The notes under the pieces were generated by a model that did not search any database, was not told the DNA's origin, and saw only the letters and a program-made list of their open reading frames with translations. A stretch of 64,000 bases of DNA. Origin: Amoebophrya sp. A120. Taxonomy: Eukaryota > Protista > Dinoflagellata. A program made the position numbers and the translations under genes. Below are positions 51,340 to 60,716 of the stretch, piece by piece; position 1 is the stretch's first letter; each line of letters opens with the position of its first letter. The stretch lies in contig CAJINV010000002.1 in the NCBI GenBank assembly GCA_905178155.1, positions 2,574,226 through 2,638,225 of the forward strand. The letters run 5' to 3'.

Positions 51340-54300
51340 ATGGAGATGGCGACGTCCAGTGCTCTCAACTTCGATGGTGACGAAATCGATGTCGTGAAGC
51401 GTTTCGCTTCCTCGTCTTCTTCTTCCTCATCGTCCTCTATTTGTGCAGCTTCTTGTTCATCCGGCATTGGCCACCACCACCATCTATTTCCCCAAGAACA
51501 AAAAAAGATGTTGCACCGGCAGAACAAAAAACAATTTCCGCTTCTGCTCCGTGCGAGCGGAAGCCTCTGTGCACTTTACTCGGGAGTAGCTAGTCCAACA
51601 GGAGCGGCCTATTTCTTCTCGCAGCAAGTTGTACTGGGGGCAGGAGCGGCCGAAGATTCTGATAGGAACTACGCAGAGAAGAAGATTGACACGGGGGTCG
51701 TAGTGCCACAAAGGAGCAACTTGCGCCGTCGTGGGGGCAGGAAGAACTTTTTCGGGACGAGTCGTGAAGAAGGAGATGCGGGCAGCAGTGCAGCAGAACC
51801 AACATCGACTCTGTCGAGCACTACTACTTCTAGGCCCAATCTCCGGCATGGCGCGCGACTGAAATCGCTCCTGGAAATCAAGCAGAAAACAACTGCGCAG
51901 GATGTGCTGGCAGAGAGACCAGAACCAGCAGTCGGGACGAATCACGGGCGGGAAACATCAGAACAAATTTTCATCCCGGCGGATGAAATAGTAAATTCGA
52001 CGCAGTCAACATCAATTCCGTTCTCGACTTTGGAAAAAGTGAGCAAAATCAGTGAGGAAAAAACCAGTCTCGGCCAGCAGCTCTCGACAGCAGTAGAAAG
52101 AAACACGAGAACCTCGGAAAAGCAGGAAGAAGGTCGTGAGGAGCAAAAGTTCACCCTTGAAAAACAAACCCTCCAGCAGAAAGAACACCGCCGAGAGCAG
52201 ATTGCGAGGAAGATTTCGGAACTGAAGCAGAAAACGGCGACCGCGCAACAGCAAATGGAGCGGTTTTACCGGGAGCAGGTGCAAAAACGGATGCGGCTGG
52301 CGCGGTTGGACAAGGTGAGGACTACGAGAGTTGTGCAGGGGACCGGGGAGGTAGTGGCTGAAGGAAGTACAACTACCGGACGCAAAGCTCTAACTTCTTC
52401 TACGATGAAAGCCCGGGAAAACGAAGAACAGGCGAGCAAGCTCGCGGCGCGAATTAGTCAGGCGAGGAAAACGAAGGCGAAACAGAACCTCCAGGTGCGG
52501 AGAAAAGTGCAACGGAAGCGGAACTTGCGCGCGCGACGGCGTCTCGACCGGGACTCGGGCGATGACGAGGATGATGACGGTGACAATGATGAAGACGGCG
52601 GTGACGATGACAATGACGATGGCGGTGGGAACAGTGCGAGTGTGGAAGACAGCAGTGAAAGCGGCGGGTCCTCGGGCTCGTCGTCGGGGAGCGGGAAGAA
52701 GAGCAAGGTCGACAGTTGCGGTTTGTTGGGCTTGTGTGACTCGAGCAAGTATCCTCGATGAACTGGTGCAATAGTGCTTCGTACTTCTTCTTCTTCTTCG
52801 GTCTGATATACTGCATGACAGATTTGCTTTGTTCATTCTGAATCTGCATGACAAAAAATAATTTCCATGCATTCGAAAAACATAATGTCATGCAATGTCC
52901 CCTAGAAGTACAAGTAAGTCAAGAAGTGCGAAGACCAAAGTAGTTTTGCCTTGCATAGGAGGAAGAAAGCTTCCGGGGGAAAGAAGGAAGACAAAACGGT
53001 ACAGAATGTTGCCATCTGTGCCGGAGTGCTCTTCGTCTTTCTGCTGATAGCGGTCGGGCTGTGTGTCTGGAAAGAGAAGGAGCGCCAGGAAAAAATGCGC
53101 CAGGCGAGGCTGCGCAAGCGAATCGCCCAGGAGGCGGCGGCGACAGGAGGCGCGCAATATCGTATTTAAAAACGTCCCCACCCCAGAGTTGTAATGCAAA
53201 TCTGCATGCTCAGAATGTTTCTCATGCGGAGCCCCATGAGAAGCATTTTTTAGTCGTGTTTTGCAATTTGTCATGCTCCAATCTGCATGATGTACTAGAT
53301 CTGTGATACTGCTGAGCTAGCTCAAACAGCATTACGCTAAGAGCAGTCCGAATTTGTCATGCAAAACAGCCAAAACTTGTGGATTTGTGTTTGTCTAGCC
53401 GATTCCCCAGCTTGACTATGGGGTGGGGACGTTTTTACATAGGATACGCAAAGTGACGGCTTCACCCTGACGGGCTACCGGCGGGGGGACGTGCAAGCGA
53501 GGGGTATGATTCGGTGCAAAAGTGATAGTATCTTCGCCGGGTGGTCGTTGTAATTGCAATTGCAATAATGCACGACAGATATGCAGTTTTTTTTTTCCGA
53601 TTCCGAGTTAATATATGATTATCTGCACGACGATTTTTAATTGTAGTCCCCTTGTGCCTCTGAAAATAAAGTTTGTGATGCAATTTCTAGAAGGGCGGCG
53701 ATAGTACCTAATGCTTTTGCAATGCATAAGAGCTCAAGCGGAGCAGCGCGCGTTGGATGCGTACGAGCAAGATCAGAGCCAGCGGCATTTGGACGAGGTA
53801 ACTATTTTGGTGTTTGTCATGCATAGAAACGAATGCAGCTTGCTGCTGTCATGCATCGACCACATCATAACTGAATAATTTTCTTTGATGCAAATTGAAA
53901 TTTCGCATGCGTTTTCCCAACTAAAAAAAACAAGGTGAAGGAGCGCGGGTTTTGGTTAGCGCAGGATGAAGCGGACCGGTTAAAGGAAGAGCTATCCATT
54001 GCAAATATGTCTGATTCGGGACGAATGCAATATTTGTCATGCATCTCGCAGACCAAGACCATCCACATGGTTTGGAATGTGCACAAGCATCACAGTTTTT
54101 GCGAGACCTTGTTGATGCCTCTCCCGCATGAGAGGTCCTTTTGCCTAGGAAGAGGTGGAGGCCTTTTGTCTTCATGCAACACAGATTTCTTTTTGGTCGA
54201 GGCCTCGCATGACAAGCTACATGCTTCCAGACCCAGAGACATTTGCAGTGGATAAGGGCGGGATGGGTACAATGCTTATTACGAGGAATATCAAAATGAA

Positions 54301-54651
54301 AAATCTCCCCTCCCCATATCAAAACGGAAATTTGTGATGCTGATTTGTGAGCACAAATCAGCTTTGTATTGCACAAGGGCACTGCGGCCAGATCCCCAGG
54401 CTAGGTAGGGGCGTATGGGTCTAGTAGTTCAGCATGGCAAACGGCCCCCCTTTAGGCCCAACAGCATGAAAAATCGCTTCCATAATGGGGCGGAAGCTTC
54501 TGCCCTTGTCTTCTTGCAAGACAGGTGTGATTTGTGACCTCAAATCCGCAGCGCAAATTTTTGGAAACATACCTTTTCAATATGGGGAGGGGGGATTTTT
54601 CCTCTCAATAAGGAAGAGGACGAGTATTACGACGACGGTTCCTGGTGGTGA
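51340..54651 (+). CDS. Gene 9: coiled-coil single-pass membrane protein
   Basis: ORF 51340, TM VAICAGVLFVFLLIAVGLCVW, tail ending YYDDGSWW*; 5 internal introners, one at the stop codon, GT-AG intron 53798-53934. Confidence 0.7.
52750..52957. mobile_element. Degenerate introner, unassigned family
   Basis: TAT..ATA, GCATGACA motifs; DR GCAAG/GGAGG; in-frame removal. Confidence 0.65.
53158..53446. mobile_element. Introner family C
   Basis: TIR; DR CGCAA; close relative of 21027 copy. Confidence 0.9.
53505..53728. mobile_element. Introner family D-like (old)
   Basis: TIR remnant TGCAAAAG; DR AGGGG/AGAGC. Confidence 0.75.
53798..53934 (+). other. GT-AG intron with introner motifs
   Basis: AG|GT at both ends; TGTCATGC x2; in frame. 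Confidence 0.7.
53993..54254. mobile_element. Introner family A
   Basis: TIR; DR AGAGC/AGGGC. Confidence 0.85.
54289..54610. mobile_element. Introner family B
   Basis: TIR; DR AGGAA. Confidence 0.9.
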
Positions 54652-54958
54652 TATGGAAGCGTCAGGTTTGAAATCGACAAAGTTGAAATGATTTGTCATG
54701 CATAAAATGCATGACGCGACTTACGTGTGTTGCAGAGCAACCAAGTGAGACCGATTGTAAGCCTGTTTGGGGTTAGAGGTTGAGCTGCTAAAGTAGCATG
54801 AGAAAATCAGTCCTCTTTGCCTAAACAGCATGACAAACTGGATTGCGGTAACGCCGGAATTTGTCTTGCGCCACTTGGAAACTGGGTTCCGACTGGCATC
54901 CAATTCATGCATGGCAAACTATTTCAACTTTGACGATTTCAATCCTGACACTCCCATA
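54652..54958. mobile_element. Introner family E at stop codon
   Basis: TIR; DR GGTGA; close relative of 31666 copy. Confidence 0.9.
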
Positions 54959-56265
54959 GGTGACCAGGAAGTGAAAAATCGAGCACAAAAAAAATGAAGG
55001 CAGAACTCATCGGAGTAGAAATTAGTTTACAATATCCTAACCAGCCCGTCGATGACGTTGAAATTGAATAAAGACCTGTTTGAATTTTTGCAAGAATCAG
55101 ATTTTTACTACAACCACACTGTTCACCTCGTGCTGTCTTTTACGTTTGATAAATTTCTTACAGTTTTACAACAAGAGAAGTCATTGACCTAGTTTACTTT
55201 TACCTCATTTGTGCCTTTTACTTGTTTCGCGGACCACAGTGCCTGACGTCGATGTTGATGATGTATACTAAACAAATATTTATCTTGATTCTGTATCAAA
55301 AAACTCGTTTTCTTGCTACACAGATTGAACAGAGTTTATGCATGCTTCGTACTAGTTTGCATGAAAATTCGGAAAAATTGGTCTCACCTCAGTTTTGTGA
55401 CTACAATAATTAATCAGCACTTCTTCTTGTACCATTTGAGAAAACAGAATTATCTGTGAAATTAGCTCTACTATTCACTTCCGAGATTTTCTACTGTACC
55501 ATAGGAAGGAAGCTAAATTTGGTTTCGAAGAAAGAGGAGCTGCACACAAAAGAACAATTCCTGCAAAAATAAAAATCGTTGCAAGGCCACAGGCACTACA
55601 GATTCTCGAAAAAGAATTTCTACCGGACTAGACAGATCGTGGCATTTCTGTAAACGATTTCTTGCAGCAGCAAAAAGACTATGCGAAACAGGCACGGGTA
55701 TGATTTCGCTTGTGTGAAAGAACACGGACTCCGCCTGTTGCGTTTTCAACCAGAGGGAAGTCGTGTAGCGCTCCTTATCGTGATGGAAAGAACAAACACA
55801 ATCCGAACTCGTTGGGGACGAAGAATCGTTTTTATCGCTGAGCGACGAGGTTGTAGAAGAGAGGCATCGAACATGTAAAGTTTGTCGTCTGTGATCGTTA
55901 TATTATTCGGAGAGCAGTCTCAGCCAGGAGTCCTCGTAAAGGAAAATCGTTTTCATTTCGTGGTCAGTCGTTGTCGTTGGCTGATGCTGGTATCGCACTC
56001 GTCAATATCGTTTTACTTCGGTGATAAATGGTATCGGTTCGCGCTGCATCAAATACTCAAGGGCGGCACTAGTTAGTACAACACCTCTCAGCCACGCTTA
56101 CTAACAATTTTACACGAAGATCCACGCGGCGTGTTCTGCACAGTACTTTCCTGTGGAGGGAAAAATAGAGATACTTTCAATAAGTTGTCCTCAGGGTCAC
56201 CGTGAAGAAAAAAGAAGAAAAGCCAGAGTTTTATTACCAGATTCCCCACCTAGTTTATTAACAAA

Positions 56266-59200
56266 ATGAGGCGACTCAACACCGGGAATAAAAAAGCATC
56301 ATTGTTGCTCGGCTTTCTCTCCCACCAGCACCAAATCGCCCTTGTGACCGGCAGGATAGGTCGTGGTGGCCGAAGTAGAGGGAAAAATAGTGGAGAGAAG
56401 AATCTTCACGCAGCCGCTCCTTTCACGACGCAGCAAGAGGAAACACAAACTACACCATCAGCATTTCACGCCGAAACTAAAAGTCTCCTCGACCTCGACG
56501 AAGGAGGGGGTGTCCTCCAGGAGCCCAAAATAAATACGGGAGAGGATGATGATAGTACAACTAGCACGACCTTCGACCTCGAGGCGCATGAAAACGCGTT
56601 TTCCGCACTGGAGATAAATTTCAGCGTGAAGATGTTGAACAAGGAGAAGGAAAACGAGGTGGAGGCGAAACACACTAAATTGAACGTCGAGGAGGAGAAA
56701 ATGAGCAGCAAAGAGGGACGAGAAAATGTCGAAAAAACATCCTCCGAAAGAACGGCCTCCCAATACGAGCAGAAGAAAGAACAGACTTCTGCTAAGCAAC
56801 TCTCCGCTGCTACCGCTGCTGCGCCGAAGAAAAAAGACGAGGAAAGCGAGGACGATGAGGGCGGGGATGACGACTATGGGAGTGTAGTCAGGTTTGAAGT
56901 CGACAAAGTTGTCCACTTGCTAGACCTGCAAGACAGGCACTCTGTGCATGGCTTTTCATGCATGGCAAATCCCATTCCAACTTTGTCAATCTCGGTCCTC
57001 TGGGCGCTTCCATATTTGCGACGGAGATGATGATGATGACGGACACGGAGATGAGGACGAGTATGGAAATTGAAAGCTCCAACCGAATTCTGAGGCGTGA
57101 ATCGAAGCATAATTGCTGCATCAAATTATCACCAGGATCATGAACAAGCACTGTGTGAACGAACTCCTGCGCTGCACGGAGCTACTTCACCATAACAAGA
57201 ACAGAGGAAATTTGTTGATATTTCAGAATTCGTTTTTACCCCTTCCATACCCTCGGCGGAGAAGACGAGCACGAGGAGGGCGGGGAAGACGAAGGTACCG
57301 AGGAGGAGGAGGAGGATCCCAAAAAAGCGAAAAAGGACGCCGCTATCGCCGCCAAGAAAGGCGCGAAGTCAGCTGCACCTCCTGCGAAAGCGGCAAAACC
57401 GGCAGCGAAAAAAGAGGAACCGGAGGAGGAGGAGGGTGAAGAGGAAGAGAATTATCTGGCGGAAAAGAAAGTTGAATCGTTTTCATCAGTCAAAGCACAC
57501 GGTAGAAACATCGCGCACACACCCACAATTGATGCATGACTTCACCTCTCATGGTCGGGAGCGGAAAGAACTACATGTTTGGAGCATAGCCCTACAAGAT
57601 TGTTATATTTTTTCTTGTAGACGAGGACGACGACGAGCCGACTGACGGATCGATACGTTTAAATCTTTTCTGAATCTCCATACCGGCGAAGAGGGAGGTG
57701 ACGATGACGCAGAAGAAGATCGCGACGGTGACGATGCTGAACCGAAAAAAGGCAAAGACAAGAAAGCCGCGGCGGGGGGTAAAAAAGGGGGTACTAAAAA
57801 GCCCAAAGGTATGGGGGTGTCAGAATCGAAATCGTCAAAGTTGAAATAGTTTGTCATGCATAAAATGCAGCCCACAAAGTGCCTGTCTTGCAGATTAGGC
57901 ACGTCAGGCAGATTGTAAATTTCCTGTTGAGGGGAAGGGGTAGACATTGAGATGCTAAAGTAGCATGACAAAAGGCGTCTTCCTTACGCAAACAGCATGA
58001 TAAACTGACTTTCGGCTCTGCCCAAATTTGTCATGCGCCACTTAGCAACTGGGTTACACTTACAACTTTCATCCATTTTATGCATTACAAGTCATTTCAA
58101 CTTTGTCGATTTCAATTCTGACACATCCATAAAAGGCCCAGCGAAGAATCCGGAGGAGGAACAAGCGGAAGAAGAGCCAGCGGATGATAAACCGAAGAAA
58201 AAAGAACCCTGCTGTGCGGGCGCGGCGACGGAGAAAATGCACAAAGCAGCGGACAAGAAAATCCGAAAGACCGGCAATCTTGCGGAAGATGACGATGAGT
58301 TTCTGCACAGCTGTGGCTGCTCCAACTCCTCCGCGCTCCTGCTCATTTTCTGCCTGACCCTCCTCTGCGGCATGATCGCTTTTATCGTGCACAGCTACAA
58401 GCGGCAACAGTTTCTCGCGGAGCGCGGGGCCGGGCACGCGCACAACTCCGCGGCACGAGCGAACGCGCACAAGGGCGTCGACACGCAGGGTTTCGGCGGC
58501 GACAACCTGGATATCAACGGCAAATATGTCTGGACGGTCTGCAAATCTGTATTGCGCATTTTTCTTGACTTGAAAATCTGTGATGCATGAACCGGATCGG
58601 GAGCACCACAGCGCGACTGTCTACCATGCAAAAGCAAAACTTGTCATGCTAACTCCGCATTGCGTACACCACTTGCTTCAAGAACCTTTTGATGCTTAGC
58701 TAGATGCTGAGGTTCGTCTCTTATGGAGCGAGTAGCATCACAACTTTCCAAAGAGCGCAGACATATTTGCAATGCATACTGGACGACATCAAGTTTCCGG
58801 CCGGTGGTGGCACAGCACCCCGACCAGAACGGATGAAAGGACCGCCGGAGCAGTATCAAATAAAGGAGAAATCCCCCGTCCCCCTATCAAAACGAAGTTT
58901 CTGATGCAGGATTTGCGTACACAAATCAGATTTGTCTTGCTGGAGAGGAATGCAGGCCCATACTAAGCCTAAGTCTAGAGGTTTTGGCCTAGGCGTCTAG
59001 CATGAGAAACGTCCACACTGTAGGCCCATCAGCATCACAAACCGCCTGCACAATGCTGCGGAGCTTGTGGAGTTGTCTTCTTGCAAGACAGACGCGATTT
59101 GTGGTCTCAAATCAGCAACGCAAATTTCCGGAAACATACCCCTTCGATATGGGGAGGGGGGATGTTTCCTTTTGATAAGCAGGGGAAGGGCATGTCCCCG

Positions 59201-59290
59201 GCTGGCAGTCCAGGCGCAGGCTGGGGCATGGGGGGCAAGGGGCCAGTCGCGGCGAACACGTGGGCTCCGTTTCAGGATTGGCGGACGTAA
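56266..59290 (+). CDS. Gene 10: acidic/Lys-rich single-pass membrane protein
   Basis: Signal-like leader, D/E-rich exons, TM ALLLIFCLTLLCGMIAFIV; 6 introners removable in frame; TAA at 59290. Confidence 0.7.
56875..57014. mobile_element. Introner family E-like, short, DR lost
   Basis: TATGGGAG..GACAAAGTTG / CAACTTTGTC..CTTCCATA. Confidence 0.75.
57062..57249. mobile_element. Degenerate introner, DR lost
   Basis: TATGGAA..CGAATTCTGA / TCAGAATTCG..TTCCATA. Confidence 0.75.
57453..57682. mobile_element. Degenerate introner, DR lost
   Basis: TAT..GAAAAGA / TCTTTTC..ATA; in-frame removal. Confidence 0.6.
57810..58131. mobile_element. Introner family E
   Basis: TIR; DR AAAGG. Confidence 0.9.
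58512..58778. mobile_element. Introner family A (diverged)
   Basis: TIR; DR CTGGA. Confidence 0.85.
58854..59177. mobile_element. Introner family B
   Basis: TIR; DR AGCAG. Confidence 0.9.
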
Positions 59291-60716
59291 ATTTTTCTTG
59301 GTATCTTCGAAGATCTTCTTGGGGTCGTGCTGTGAATGGAATTATTGATTTCTTCACAGGCTATCTCAAGCGGGGAGTGGAGATCAACTTCTTTTCAGTT
59401 TTCCACTGCTGTTCTAGCAAGTTTGAAGAGAGGAAGAGAAACTATCAACGTTCCAGGAGGCAGGGACAAACTGGAACCTCTTCTAGTTTATGACAGACAA
59501 CAAAGAAGTTTCGTTCTCATTGACTTTTGACAATAACTTTTGACAACTTTCAGTTATGATCGACCTTTAGTTTCAACGCAGAAAATATGTACTTACCTAA
59601 AGTTTCAGCTTCAACTAGAGTACTGCTCTTGAAATTAATTCACACCGGATTTTGATATGCCGGGGATGAGAAGCCCGCAAATTAAGTAAAATGTACAAAA
59701 ATCCGCTTAAAAGATCAGCTTTCGGAACAAAGATTTGTCCGTTCGAGACATGTACACAATGAATTCAAAAGCAGATGCAGATGATTGGGTACCACCGAAA
59801 TTGAAAAATTTGGAATTGTACGCTGAAAACCTGTACAGTAGTAGCGATGATTTTTAAGAATAAGATGTCGATTTCGATAGGTCGATATATATCACTCTGT
59901 GTCATCTGGTCGATGGGCCGCCCTTTGTTGTTCCTTTTTCGTTGCATTACGTACAAATAGTTGTTTCTGTGCTGGAAAAGGCAACGAGTCAACACGAGAG
60001 AAGCCGCAGCGGTTAAATAGGCTAAACACGTTTAGAAGAGCCACTGAGACTGACTTCCACGTCGCGTTGGTGTCGTGCATGAACTATTGCTCGTCGTGCT
60101 TCTGAGTTACAGGAATGCAGTGTAGTCCGAGGTGTCGTATAAACTACCCAATCGGTCGTCCAATTCCAAATCCGGTTTTTTTTCCGCACTGTTTGTTTTC
60201 GTGTAAAATGATTTATGGAGCTACAGCCGGTCGGTCGAAAATTTGTCCTTCGTACAACGGAAGATTCTGGTTGTTGTTATCACATCGTTCACAAAGCGCT
60301 TCGTCCTACCGATATAGCATTTTTCTTTTCCCTTGTACTTTTCATGAAGTTGGATAGAGCCCTAAGTTCATCTTCTTTCACGACCTTGAAAACAACAGTG
60401 CTTACTCCACATGCCCCCCTCATCGCACAACTACAACGACCCATAGCTTTTTACGTACGTGTAGAGTGTACAAAAGAACTATCACCCCCATATTTTTAGA
60501 GCTTTAGCAATACAAATCCCCCTTACAACGTAAAAGAAAAGCCACATCAAAACTGCTACTCCTCCTCTCCCAAAAGTCAGAGTCAAATAAGGCAAACCAA
60601 GCAAGCTTTTTTTTTGACTTTGTTTCGAGTCACTGTTCGATCGATTTGCCGGTGCGAGTTGGTTTGTCACAAATACTAACTTCGCATTCGACGAATCTAA
60701 CCGAGACTCGTCCGAC

